Part shown: positions 15,359 through 28,569 of the stretch, piece after piece
Layout of the letters: the number at the start of each line of letters is the position of its first letter
Position numbering within the stretch: position 1 is the first letter of the stretch
NCBI RefSeq assembly: GCF_009914755.1
Contig: NC_060936.1
Reading direction: 5' to 3' (one strand)
From: the human T2T-CHM13v2.0 reference genome, Homo sapiens
Length of the DNA: 64,000 nucleotides
Notes under the pieces: model-generated
Databases searched by the model: none
Told to the model about the DNA's origin: nothing
Seen by the model: the letters and a program-made list of their open reading frames with translations, nothing else
Program-made: the position numbers and the translations under genes

Positions 15359-16371
15359 TTTTTTTAGGAAGACTGGGTTTGAATCTAGTGCTCTCATTTT
15401 AAAATTGTGTTATCTGGATGAGGGACTTACTATTAATCAATTTAGATTTCTTCATTTGTAAAATGAGGGAGTTGAAGGTTTTTCGTTTTTGTTGTAATTA
15501 GGTGAAGAGAAATTTGAGGGACAGAAGTCTTTCCAAAATAGTATCTTAGAAAGATAAAATTGAGGTGAAAGGGGATGAGAAGCATAAAGAATCTTAAGAT
15601 AGCAAAATCATTTGTGAGATTATTGCCCTGGTAAAACTATGAAGTGATGGAGCTGGAAACAACAGAGGCAACATTAAGAATAAAAAGAAAGTGGATGTAA
15701 GCAGCTCTATGAATAAAGAATTTACAGAATTTGGTATCCAACTTTAGAAAGAAGGAAAGGAAGGACTCAGGGAGCACTATGGTTTTGAGACTAGGACGTA
15801 GAATATACCTTGAAGACAAAGACTAGTAGTAGATATTTAATAAATATCATGTTGGGATATTTGTTAGTAATCATGCACAGTTAAATAGCAGAAACACTAA
15901 ATACAAAGTGAGAAGAAAATGTTTCTTCCATCTCTGTAATCCGTCTCTGAAGAGCATCTTCAAGCAAAATGACTTTGAATAGTAAAATGCTTCCTCCTGG
16001 CTTCCATTTCTTCCTGAGTTAGAAGACTTCTATTCAATAAATAGTCTCCAGATCTTGGACTGAGTCACAGCACCCTTGTAAATACATCACACCTGTAAAC
16101 ATGTCACCTGTGTAACCATGTTCATCAAATACATTTTGGGTTTTTTTCAGATAAGAAATGCATCAAGACAACAGGCTATAAAATGCAGCATTGATCATTT
16201 TCCTTATAAGCTTTTATCTTTACCATTGCTACCTACCTCCAGCTGCTTTCCAATCAGTTGGATTTGGGTAGCAAAAATATTGGATTGAAACAGGAAAGCA
16301 AATAATAAGAGAAGACTGGTAATTTAATGTTATTTTATGGCCTATAAAATCTTTGCAAAAGACTCTCTAGA

Positions 16372-16727
16372 ACCGCATTATTCAATAAAATAATCACTAG
16401 CCATATAACTATTGAGCAGTTGAAATGTGGCTAATCCCAATTGAGATGTGCTATGAAGTGTAAAATACACAGAGTTTCAAAGTCTCAGTATGGAGAAGAA
16501 AAGAATGTAAAATATGCCTTGAATGAGGATGTTTTGTCTATTTCATGTCAAAATATAATATTTTAGATGTATTGGGTTCAATAAAATGTGTTATTAAAAT
16601 TAATTTTACCAGTTTGCTTTTCTATATTTTATCTTGTTACTTTTCTTAATATGGTTCTGAGAAAATGTAAAATCAAATACGTGGCTTATGTCTCTGGCTC
16701 ATATTTTATGTCTATTGGATGGTGCTA
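16372..16727 (-). mobile_element. MER33 hAT-Charlie DNA transposon
   Basis: cactagccatat...ttgaaatgtggctaatcccaattgagatgtgct...gtgtaaaatacac...ctattggatggtgct. Confidence 0.8.
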
Positions 16728-17879
16728 CTCTATAAGGTTTATTCAGAGTTGAGGGCACTGGAGATGCCATTTGCCAAATTTTTTAAAATTCTGACAGCCA
16801 AATGATCCCTGCCTTCTACATTCTTATTTAATTAACTCCCACACCCTAGTGTCTGAGACCACAAAGGGAAATTAGCTACTGATATCATGCAGAAAGAAAG
16901 AATCACCTCCATTCAGGGGAAAGATGAGTATCTCTGTTTTGATCACGTGGTGGGTGGTAGCACATTCAGGAAGAATGTCTAAAAGGGAATTAGCAATATG
17001 AGACCGAAGCTCAGGAGTGAAGGTAGGACCTGAGATGCCTAACTAGGTAAACTGACACCAAAAGACAAAGGACTCATCTAGGCCAATGTTTGAATGTCTG
17101 CATCTCCCAATACTAGCTCTATGGTCATAAATAAATGTGTCTTCCATTGCTGAGACTCATTTTCATGGTGATAAAGTAGGAATAATCATTTCTCTCCCTC
17201 AGTAAATATGACTGAGCCCCTATCAGGTGCCAGACACAGCTTAGGGGCTAGAAATGCAATGAGGAACAATGATGCCTTCCAGAAGCTTTGATCTAGGGAG
17301 GAAGGCCATAGGAAGATGTGCAGTCATAAACTAGTATCAAAGTTGCCATGGTCTGTGAATACTGAAGAGCAGCAAATCCAGTCTTGGGAGTCAAACTTAT
17401 CCCTCTACATCCTGATAAGTTATTCAGATTTCTATATTCAGCACAACTACCCCTCTTCGGGAGAGCCTTCATGCCATTGCTCCACACCTGAGGCTCTGAG
17501 AGGTGTTCACCTTTTGCCCCCGTGCCCTGTGCACACACCTCTACTAGCATCTATGAGCTGTAGAGTCAATATCCTCTCTCTCTCTCTCTGTCTCTCTCAA
17601 GTAGTTCCCTCAACATTGTGAATCCTTAAAGGAAGGAGCTGTGTTTTCTATCTCTAGATTCTCAACACATTTTAAGTACCAAATAAACGTTATCTCTCTC
17701 CTCTTTTCCTCCATCTTCAATTAGCAAAGGTAAGAGTTAAAGCCCTGAGAATAGATAAGGGCTGAAAGATGATAAAGAACTCAGAATAGAGAGGGTTCAG
17801 GACTGTTCTTTGGGAAATGTCTTCATTTCAGGAGAAGAGAGTTCTGTGTCATGGAACTTAAGAGAATTTCCCAAAAAGA

Positions 17880-18134
17880 CATTTTGGGATTCCAAGGCAG
17901 GCAGACCACTTGAGGTCAAGAGTTTGAGACCAGCCTGGGCAACACGGCAAAACCCCATCTCTATAAAAAATACAAAAATTAGCCAGATATGGTGGTGTGC
18001 ACCTATAGTCTCATCTACTCAGGAGGCCTAGGTGGGAGGATCGATTGAACCTGGGAGATGAAGGCTGCAGTCAGCTGTGGTTGTACCGCTACGCTCCAGC
18101 CTGGGTGACAGAGCGAGACACTGTTTCAAAAAAA
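17880..18134 (+). mobile_element. AluJ, 5'-truncated
   Basis: Dimeric Alu with gaccagcctgggcaac, A-rich linker, ggaggatcg and aggctgcagt (J-type). Highly diverged. Confidence 0.9.
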
Positions 18135-18985
18135 TATCCCCCCAAAATAGAGTGGCAAACAGCCCTACTACATGCCACAGAGAGAGCAATAAGAAGGAGA
18201 CTGCAAAAAGACCTTGGATATGGCAGTTGCATTACATTATTTGAATTCAAATCAAAGTACCATAGAATAATGTTCCCAATTATTTCCTCAGCCTTAGCAA
18301 TGGTAAGTCTTTGTTTTCCTATCTGTGAGTATTATGAAGATCTGAGGAAACAATGAGATTCTTTTGCCAAATGACAACAAAATTCATTTTGAGGGCAGAT
18401 AGACAGCTATATACAAGTAAATATACGATGAACTGTAAACTCGAGGCAACAAGGGAAGTTGGTATGAGTCACAGCATGACTGAGCATTGTTCAGAAAACA
18501 GCTCCCACCTCTTTGTTTAAGTTATTTCTAGCAGGTGGCTGAAGCACAGATTCAAGGGTGTGAGAACCTGGAATAATCATACATCTTCTTTTCTTCATAA
18601 ACTCCGTTCTGACCCAAGAATCTTCACTCATGAAACAAAGTGCTGAGGTAGAAGAAAGAGGCCTGAACTCACAGAGGTATGATATTGAGTTCTGGTTTGG
18701 CTACTATCTAACAAAAAGCAAGTCACTTCTGAGGGCCTGTATCTCCTTATGTATAAAACATATGCTTTTCTAAGAGATTGTAAGGTCCTTAGACAAACCA
18801 CCAAGTTTCATTTCTTTTCATCACCATTCTCTAGCATAGTAGTTTTATGTAAAGTGGAAACTGAATAAGAAGAATTTGAAAATAGTTTAGAATCTTGGTT
18901 TTAATATCTAATATTTGAAGTTCTGACATTTACTTTGAAATGCTTTTTGACCTCAGATAATAGCCAGATATATTTATTGAATGCT

Positions 18986-19198
18986 ATAGTATCAGCAAAC
19001 TATGGCCCAGAAACCAAATCCAGCACTCTTTCTGTTTTTATAAAGTTTTACCAGAAAAAGTCATGCACAATTCATTTACATATTGAGAGCTAGCTGTTTT
19101 CAAACTACAACAGCAGTGTTGAGTACTTGCAACAGAGTCATTCCAGCCTGCAAAATCTACTTACTATCTGGTTTATAGAGGAAGTTTGCCAACTCCTG
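18986..19198 (+). mobile_element. MER58A DNA transposon
   Basis: tcagcaaactatggcccaga...ccaaatccagc...gtttgccaactcctg termini, about 215 bp. Confidence 0.8.
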
Positions 19199-21817
19199 AT
19201 ATAGGCTACTGAAGTCTGAATGCCAAGAAAGCATGTGGGATAAGGTCCAGGTCGGACCTTAAAGTTAGTGCTAAACCATGGGCATTCTTCCACTGGGATA
19301 ATACAAAATCTGCCTTGCAACAGAATGAGTTTAGTGGTCGGTAAGCATACTTCTCTTTAACGTCCTCCTTTGTCTCTTGGATCTGCATGCTCAAGAAAGC
19401 TGTCAAAATGGAGCACTTAAAAGTAAAAATCAATCTTCACTCTTAAGCACTGGTAACTCAATATTGTCCAAAAGTAGGCCAAACCACACACATGGCCAAA
19501 GCTATTTTTGCCTGGCTAATTTTTCTTCATGCTCAAGGTCAAGCTATGGCCTCAGCAACTCTAGGAAGCACTTCTAGAAACACACCTGGTATATTTTAAT
19601 GCCTGACTCTACTTAAGACTATGGAATCCTCAATGGATCATCTTTCTACTCCTGGCACATCTTTCTACTTCTACATGATACCACAGTGCTTATCATGGCA
19701 TTTGATAGATACTCAATACTTTTGAACCAAATTGAACTAACAGGTAGTGTTCTTTCTGGACAAAGACATCTACCTTGGTCTGAGTTGTTGAAATGATACC
19801 AAATGAATTGAAGTCTTTCTGTCCAAAAACAGGAAATAAATACTAACTTCCCCAGATTTTTGTTTTTTTTTTCACGCTAGTCCTCACCATTTTCCAATTT
19901 GATAGTAAAATGAGAGCAATATCATACAAATGTCAAATATTTGTTGAGCACCTACTCTGAACAAAGCAAATAGAAGTAGACATAATTCCCTTTTAGTCTC
20001 ATGATACAATTATTTTTCCTCAAATATTCCCTAGAGGTCAATTACCATCTTTTATGCTGAGAGGATAGAAGCCTACCATTATTAACGACCTGGCCTGACA
20101 AATGTATAGGCTGAATAGTAGTAAGAGGAAGAAGACTGTCGGGGTTCACACCATGCAGTCTTCATCCAAGGAATCAGGATAAAACAGCAGTTGCCTTAAT
20201 TTGGCTGGGCAAAGTATATACCAATTAATGATGAGATAACTGGTTCAGATAAAAGCTTGTAATTAATGAATCATTAAGGCACACACTTTAGGAACATAGA
20301 AGAATCAGGAGCCACACAGCTTGCCCAGAAGCAATCTTCCAGTTTTGTTGCTGTGCTTAAATGCATTGCTAATTTCTGAGAGCCTGCCATTTGTAATAGC
20401 ACTGAAATGAATCACAGTGAATTTATGAATGTGAATCTGCATTGTTCATTACACAAGCTCTCTCCCGGGGAATGGAACCACCCTGAGAGCAACTTCTAAT
20501 AAGCAAAAATTAAGTGTTACTGTCCCTTGCCGCTAGGAGGAAAAAAATATGTGTATGTGTGTCAGGGGAGGGGCGGCATAGTAGATAATTTGGTTATACA
20601 TAAATAGTGTGAAGGGAGAGAGATGGGTATCTATTTTAAGCCTTTGTGGCCTGAAAAACCACATGCCCTGTGCTCAAAGCCAGGAGCCCTCTTACACAAT
20701 AAATAATTCAGAAACCCCACAAGTGCCTGACTGGGAAGCCTGCTTCCTGAAAGCTGCCTCCTTGGCTAATCTTGGAAAAAGCCATGGATCAGCTGGCAGC
20801 TCAGACAAAATTCCTACTTTCCACCTAATGATTATGCCCAAGGCCCTCAGCCAGGATACTTCAGGAGGAAATCAACACAATCGTGTAATTGTTTGTGTTA
20901 TTTATAGCTTGTTGTTTAAAACAAATGGAAATGACTGGACTCCTTGTGGCTAACTTAAGATCTTGTTCATGAACTCAGCAGGCGCTTTTACTGGGGCAGA
21001 TTTAAAAAACAAATTCAAAATATTGTACACTATCCAAGGGAAATATGGCAAGCCAGAAACCTCTCCTTTTGTTATTTTTCCCCTTGTCTCTCCAGTATCT
21101 TCTTTGACATTCACCTGGAGGAATTTTGAAGGAAAGGCCAATCAGCTTTATTTTTTCAACTAGACCCCAATATTTCTGTGCAAAATCCAAGGAAGCAAAA
21201 AGCCCAAATGTCTCCCATTTGATTAATCTCTGATTTTAGCCTGATTTACGTGATGGTAAGAGATTTATGCAAAATACTATTGAGACATAGCCAACACATA
21301 ATGTACAAACTACAACAATATGTAAACTATAACATGTCATCAAAAGCTACTTTATGACTCTAGAGGAAGGCACCCATGCCCCAAATTGATCAAAGCTATA
21401 TTTTTGGTTTGGTGGAGTGTTTTGTGTTTGTTTATCAGACTTCAGCCCATTGCACCTCAAAAGCCTTATCTTTTAGGATGTCTTTAGTCAATAAAAAGCA
21501 AGAACCTGAAGTCAGTACTAACAAATGCATTTTAGTGTGAAGGGTGATTTCTGCAGACTTCTAAAACTATTCAAGTTTATTGACACACACAGATGAATAC
21601 CAATGTGCTATTATGTTATTTGCTGTACAATATAAATGAGATCAAGTTTCCCTGGGCCTTGAAAATGCGTGTCCGACCTGAAATGGCTCAATAAATCTGC
21701 CAAATAAATAGCGGGTGTTCCTACCCCTTGCTCTGACTCCTCCACATGTCACCTTAAAAAGAACAAGCAGAAAATGTCCCTTTATACTGATATTTACTGA
21801 TTCTGCCCAATGCTTAT

Positions 21818-21836
21818 TTGCCTCTAGGGGGCATTT
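21818..21836 (+). promoter_or_regulatory. Candidate CTCF binding motif
   Basis: ttGCCTCTAGGGGGCAttt matches the CTCF core CC[A/T][C/G][C/T]AG[A/G]GGGC[A/G], in non-repeat DNA. Motif match only. Confidence 0.4.
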
Positions 21837-22858
21837 CTAAAGACTGCAAGGAAAAGCATTTCAGCTATTATGGCTGTCAAACCAGATGGCTCAGAAATAG
21901 GTATTAGATCTATTGATAAAACAGGAAAAAGAAAAAAATCATTTTGGGCAAGTCAGCTTTTCTTACCACAAGAAGAAAAATAGTCAAACTGGCTTTTAAA
22001 TTAAATTGAATTGTGAGATAGGGGAAAAGTATCTTTTAAAATAATTTCTTTAAAGATTTTTATATAGTTAACTCTCCTGGATAATAGTGTCTGACTTTTG
22101 ACCTAGAACAAATGCCATAAAAATAAAATAAGTATCATTAGAATGATGCTCAACATCAAAGGTTACAATTACAATGGTCACATTAAGTCATAGAATAGTG
22201 TGGAAGATTCAACTTTGATTGATATAAGCACCTTCCATTTTTTAAAGTTAGCATGTGTTTGGAAAAGAAGGAAGGTGTTGCAACACTCAGAAATTGACTA
22301 TTGTGTGTCAAAAGAGATACTCTTTTGAATGGATTCTTCAAAAGCCTCAAATCAGTATTATAATTTAGTGTTACACCAACTTTATTTTCTTCCAGATTCT
22401 GTTTCTCAATCTATTGGTTCTATTGCATCTTTCATCACTTTTAATATGTCACTTTGTTCTTCTTTAATATTCTTTATATTTTCATAAAGGCTTTTAACTC
22501 CCAGCATATTGCAAACACCAATTAACTAAGCTACTCAACATCCCTATGTGTGTAGAAGCATTCTATTATTCTTGTTTTAAAGCTGGGAAAAAGAGGTTCA
22601 GTGAGGTGAGGTGACTCGCCTAACGAGCTAGTGGGAGAAGCTAGTCTCTCAGTTTATGACACCTAATTATCTGCATTAACAGGACATGATAATCTCCTAC
22701 CTCTAATCTTTTCATGGCTGTACATTATGTGGAGTAAAGACATCAATACTGATGTCAATTTGAGAAACCAGCCACAATTTTACAATACAAACCCATTTCT
22801 GCTTTCAAAACAAAAAACCAAATTTTCATTGAAAAATTCCAGTAGCCCCTTCCAAGTA

Positions 22859-22936
22859 TTAGGTTGGTGCAAAAGTAATTGCAGTTTTTGCCATTAAAGT
22901 AGGACCAAAATAGCAATTACATTTGCACCAACCTAA
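22859..22936. mobile_element. MADE1 (Hsmar1-derived MITE)
   Basis: TIRs ttaggttggtgcaaaagtaattgc...gcaattacatttgcaccaacctaa. TA duplications at 22857-22858 and 22937-22938. Confidence 0.95.
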
Positions 22937-22995
22937 TACATCAATCATAATTCTTATTTTTCAGTGGGCAACTTAGCACCTAAAAGTGGCTTAGT

Positions 22996-24257
22996 CATCT
23001 GATCTTTGACAAACCTGACAAAAACAAGCAATGGGGAAAGGATTCCCTATTTAATAAATGGTGCTGGGAAAACTGACTAGCCATATGTAGAAAGCTGAAA
23101 CTGGATCCCTTCCTTACACCTTATACAAATATTAATTCAAGATGGATTAAAGACTTGAAAATAATACCTAAAACAGTAAAAACCCCAGAAGAAAACCTAG
23201 GTAATACCATTCAGGATATAGGCATGGGCAAGGACTTCATGACTAAAACACCAAAAGCAATGGAAACAAAAGCCAAAATCGACAGATGGAATCTAATGAA
23301 ACTAAAGAGCTTCTGCACAGCAAAATAAACTATCAGCAGAGTGAACAGGCAACCTATGGGAGAAAATTTTTGCAATCTACCCATCTGACAAAAGGCTAAT
23401 ATCCAGAATCTACAAAGAACGTAAACAAATTTACAAGAAAAAAACAAACAACCCCATCAAAAAATGGGCAAAGGATATGAACAGACACTTCTCAAAAGAA
23501 GACATTTATGTGGCCAACAGACATATGAAAAATGATCATCACTGGTCATTAGAGAAATGCAAAACAAATCAAAACCACAATGAGATACCATCTCATGCCA
23601 GTTAGAATGGTGGTCATTAAAAAGTCAGGAAACAACAGATGCTGGAGAGGATGTGGAGAAATAGGAATGCTTTTACACTGTTGGTGGGAGTGTAAATTAG
23701 TTCAACCATTGTGGAAGACAGTGTAACAATTCCTCAAGGACCTAGAACTAGAAATACCATTTGCCCCAGCGATCCCATTACTGGGTATGTACCCAAAGGA
23801 TTATAAATTATGCTACTATAAAGACACATGCACACATATGTTTATTGTGGCACTATTCACAATAGCAGACTTGGAACCAACCCAAATGTCCATCAATAAT
23901 ACACTAGATAAAGAAAATGTAGCACCTATATACCATGGAATACTATGCAGCCATAAAAAAGGATAAGTTCACGTCCTTTGCAGGGACATGCAGGAAGCTG
24001 GAAATCATCATTCTCAGCAAACTATCACAAGGACAGAAAACTAAACACTGCAAGTTCTCACTCATAAGTGGACACAGGGAGGGGAACATCACACACCGGG
24101 GCCTGTTGGGTGGTGGGGGGCTAGGGGAGGGATAGCATTAGAAGAAATACTTAATGTAAATGATGAGTTGATGGGTGCAGCAAACTAACATGGCACATGT
24201 ATACCTATGTAACAAACCTGCACGTTTTGTACATGTACCCCAGAACTTAAAGTATAA

Positions 24258-24292
<35 letters not shown>
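22996..24292 (+). mobile_element. L1PA6/7-like, 5'-truncated (ORF2 C-terminus, 3'UTR, (TAAA)n tail)
   Basis: Colinear L1 3' sequence with frameshifts and stops. TSD aaaagtggcttagt (22982-22995)/aaatgtggtttagt (24293-24306). About 22-bp deletion in the 3'UTR near 24070. Confidence 0.92.
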
Positions 24293-24294
<2 letters not shown>

Positions 24295-24429
24295 ATGTGG
24301 TTTAGTGAGGACAAAGCTGATTTACTAAAATCTGTTAAAATGTCAAAAAGAGATGAATTTTACAAAGAAAGATAGGATAAAATTAAAATTATCCTTTGCT
24401 AATAATAAAAAAAACTACCATACAATTAA

Positions 24430-24660
24430 TTGAACTCTTGAGCTCATACTATGAATCAATGCCTATGTGCATTTTCTCACTTAATGCTGACAATCCTGTG
24501 AGGGGAGGACTATTCTTGTTCACACTTGAGAGAGGAGAAAATAAAGCACATAAAGGGCAAAGTGGATTGCCCAAGGTCGCATAGCTGGTAAGGGAGTCCA
24601 AGCTCAAATTCAGATATTCTGTCTCCTGAGTCTGTGTTCTTAATTGTTTCACAGTAATTA
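24430..24660 (-). mobile_element. MIR SINE
   Basis: gacaatcctgtgagg...ggagaaaataaagcac...ttgcccaaggtcgcatagctggtaag is the antisense MIR core. Confidence 0.7.
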
Positions 24661-25314
24661 TCCCATTTTCTGGATGAGATGTCACTTGCCTTTTCCTTCA
24701 TATTAGAAACTTTACATTTGCTCTGAAATCAATACTGTGAATATTGTCTCTGCATTGTATATTGTATCAGGAGCGCTACGGAACATATAAGAGTAAGATG
24801 CATCTTTCTCTTCAATGACTACATGTCTTTTGCCAAATCACAGATTATTTTTAAAATTATTACTCCCATATTTGAATTTTAAGTGTAGTGACTAGGTCAC
24901 CTTTCCCCCACCCCAATCTCCCAAGAAAGCCCCACACAGTACTAGACACGTAGTAGGCACTTTTTTCAATTTGATTGGATTTGATGTTTTCTTTTTTATT
25001 TGCTCCTATTGCCCTTCTTAGATGATCTTGAAATTCTGAATGTCTTTTTTTTTGTTTACAATTCTTTATTGTAGTAACATTGGCAAATGAGATGACTTCG
25101 TGCATATGTTAGAATTTCTATGCTTCCCAGAACAATTCTTGCATCTTCCTGAACAGCTCCTGTGAGTACAGAGGCCAGTAACGCAGTCAAGGGTATTAAA
25201 CTGGAACAACATGGCTGAGACCAGTAGGATTACCTTATCCCTCCTCTTTCCTTGCTACTCCTCTATTCAGATGGCCAAAATGATTGTCACCTTTATTTAA
25301 GTGTTTAAATTGAG

Positions 25315-25520
25315 TTTGGCACTGTACTTAGAGCTTTATGTCCATTATCTCATTTACTCCTTCCCCAAACCCTACAACATGAGACTTTTATTATCATTCA
25401 AGCATGAGAAAACTGAGCCAAAGAGGCAATAAACAACTTTCCAAAGATGGCCCAGTGTTGGTGCAGGCATTTGGTTCAGGCAATATGACTCCAGAGCCCA
25501 AGGGTATAATTTGTACATGA
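25315..25520 (-). mobile_element. MIR SINE
   Basis: attatctcatttactcct...atgagaaaactgag...tgactccagagccca. Confidence 0.6.
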
Positions 25521-26143
25521 TTGCCTCTTCACCTTTGAATTTCTAGAAAATATCCTATTGATTAAGACATTTATGCAGCAAGATTATTTTTTAAAATAAC
25601 TTAGAATAATTAAAGGTATTATATGCATTTTATAGCTAAAGCCTAAAGCAAACACTAAAAAATAGCTTCTGAAACAGCACCAGATTTTCTCTATTGTAAT
25701 GAAAGTTCATTGAGCTGAGTTGTGCTTGAAGCTGTACAACGAAGGTGGCTATACAGAAAGCCTCATAATGCCTGGGAAGAAGGGGAGGGAATAAGGTCAC
25801 CTTGGCTGGCATCTCAAAAACAGTCACAGGCAGGAGGAAACTGATCTTATATTTTCAAAGTTGATTCTAAACTCTTTATAGGTGGCTCCTACTCCCTGAA
25901 AGAAAAATGAAAATAAAAAATGGAAGGAAAGCTGATTTAATCTATTTATCCAAGATTTGTGGGTTCAGCATATTTCCTACTAAAGAGATGGCCTTTAAGA
26001 CCCCAGGGGAGGTTTGAGCTCAGCTTTGGTTATCTTTTCCTTCTGAATAGCTGTGTAAACTCCTGGGGAGCAGATGAAAGCTGCCTTACAAGACAAAGGC
26101 ACAGGAGTTTCTTCTTTTCTCTATCAGCTGGAAGAAAAGGAAC

Positions 26144-26330
26144 TCTAGGAATCCTTTATAGTTAACTATTAAAATTGGTCATTCCTTTTTGCTTTTTTAT
26201 AAGTTCTTTTTTAACCTCAATCTCTAAGAGCTATCAAGCAATAAAACTTCTCCCAGGGTGAGCAGGAAACACCAACGTGGCTCACCTTATTCTCTCATCT
26301 TTAAAGCCAGCATCCAAAACAACAGCTTAA
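26144..26330 (+). repeat. Putative donor copy of a local 187-bp duplication
   Basis: About 92% identical by manual alignment to 27816-28002. Confidence 0.95.
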
Positions 26331-27023
26331 AAGGACACCAGCTTGCATTCTTTTGCCAACAAAGATCTCAGGACTGGGTTATGTTTTCAGCTTTGGCGTC
26401 TGACCCCAAAATATAAGGAATTCTTTGGGGTCTGTGGAAGAAGGTAGGGATTAAAGAGAGCTAAGAGGTGTCTAATGTGCTTCATCTTCTATCCTAAGAC
26501 TATTATCTATTGATAGAACCCTGCAGCTCAGGATGGAATTACCTGGGGCAACAAAAGAGATCAAGGGATAAAGATAAATAAAAGTGGGGAAAGGTAGAAC
26601 CAAATGAAAACAGAAATGTGGAGAGGGGACTAGAGAGAAAAAAGAAAAATATGAAACTCTTTTCAGAAGAGTTACAAGTATGGAGAAGGCAAAAGGAAGA
26701 GAAAAGAGAAATATCTGTGATAACAGTTCACTGTGTCAATGATTCATGCTGGCAACTGGCCAAAATCAACCAATGTCCAGGGATATATACTAAACACTGA
26801 AGATTCAAAAATGAGTGGAGAATAATCCTAACCCTAAAAAGTTCACAGTTTAGGTGGAGAAATAAGCCTGTAAAAAAATAATGGCTATACGTATTTTGAT
26901 GTTATTCACAGTTGCACTCTGTTTCATTTTGTCCCTCCAAAGCAGCAACTTTGATTCCAGCAATGGGCCTTTGCACTTGCTGGTGCTTCTGCTTGGAATG
27001 CTGTATCTTTGCAGGGCTGGCTA

Positions 27024-27771
27024 TGTTACTAGCAGCAAATCCATACAAGTCTGCAGCAACCTCAGTTCATGCCTCCTCAGAAGAAAGAATTCTTCCGAGG
27101 GTCATCAGGCAGAAGAAGAGACTGAGGCAAGTTTTAGAACAGGAGTGAAAGTTTATTAAAAAGCTTTAGAGTAGGAATGAAAGGAAATAAAGTACACTTG
27201 GAAGAGGTCCAAACGGGAAACGAGAGATCAAGTGCACAGTTTGACCTCTGGACTTGGGGTTTTATACATTGGCTTGCTCTGGGGTCTTCATTACTTCTTC
27301 CCTGATTCTTCCCTTGGGGTGGGCTGTCCGCATGTGCAGTGGCCTACTAGCGGTTGGGAGGGGAGCGTGTGCAGTGTGTTTACTGGAGTTATACGCACGC
27401 TCACTTGAGGTGTTCTTCTCTTACCTTACCTGTCAAATGTCCCTAGGAGCTGTCCCTAGAAGTGGTATATCACTGGAGATGTCATATACCAGTTAAACTC
27501 TGCCATTGTGCCTCCTAATGTTTATGCTTCAGCTCTCTTGCTCAACACCTAAGATCCTTACCGAGAAGCTGCTGATCACCAGTTTCAGGTGTTCCTGTTT
27601 GTCAGGGAGTGCCTTTCTAAGGTGCTGGCTGCGACCAACTAATACTTTAGAGAGACACTTAACAACGGTGTGATCATCATCTGATGGTCGCCTGATATTC
27701 CTGGTGTGTGCGTGTGGCAGGGAGAGCCTTCTCTTGCCCTGCTCATGTATGACTAGCTACCTACTGTAACA
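27024..27771 (-). mobile_element. MER50 solo LTR (ERV1)
   Basis: TG...CA termini (tgttac/gtaaca), 748 bp, perfect 4-bp TSD gcta (27020-27023, 27772-27775). Minus strand starts tgttacagtaggtagctagtcatacatgagcagggc. Inserted into an L2 fragment. Confidence 0.85.
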
Positions 27772-27815
27772 GCTACTTTCCATTATTCAAGTCTCATCTC
27801 CAATCATCTCTCCAA

Positions 27816-28002
27816 TCTAGGAATTCTTTATAATTAACTATTAAAATTGGTCATCCCTTTTGGCTTTTTTATAAGTTATTTTTAAACCTCAATCTCTAAG
27901 AGCTATCAAGCAACAAAACTTCTCCCAGAGTGAGCAGGAAACACCAAGGTGGCTCACCTTATTCCTTCCTTTTCTAAAGCCAGCATCCAAAAAACAGCTT
28001 AA
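27816..28002 (+). repeat. Second (inserted) copy of the 187-bp duplication
   Basis: Direct repeat of 26144-26330, flanked by duplicated target segments. Confidence 0.95.
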
Positions 28003-28569
28003 TATCACTCCAATCATCTCTCTCCCCAATAATGGGACTACTTCCCATTATTCAAGTCTTATCTCCAGTCAATCTAGTTGAAGCAGCACATTCAATCCCT
28101 TTCTACATTAACCCATTGCATCCTCTCCAAAAGTCATTTTGCACATCTGACAGTATCTTAATTTTTTTATTTCTCCCCCATGTTTAAAGGCTATCTTCCT
28201 CCATTAGGATACAAGCCCCTTGAAAAAAGGGACTCAATAAAAAGTCATTGATGAACTAGTAAATATTTATTGATCATTTGACTAACATATTGACTTTAAA
28301 ATGTTATAAAAGAGATAAGCATAAAATTATTATGGAAGATTATGAAAACATTAAGGAAGGCTTTTCAGCAGAGGTGATTTTGTTGCTGTTGTTGACTATT
28401 TAAGGCTGAATAGGTATTTAAAACAAGGGCAAAAGAAGCAGAGCATTCCAGGTGAAGAGTGCATGTAATGACAGGGTCACAAAAAGAACACTGCTCCTTC
28501 CTGGGACCCCACTTCATTCTGAGTGTCTGATATACAGGCAGTGCTGAAAGAGGAGCAGCCACATAGAGT

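Noticed and set aside
18295-18310. Splice-donor-like atg|gtaagt
   Set aside because: Isolated motif with no supportable exon or reading frame; would need transcript evidence.
26881-27159. 92-aa ORF with a signal-peptide-like N-terminus
   Set aside because: Runs through L2 and antisense MER50 sequence; the hydrophobicity reflects T-rich DNA.
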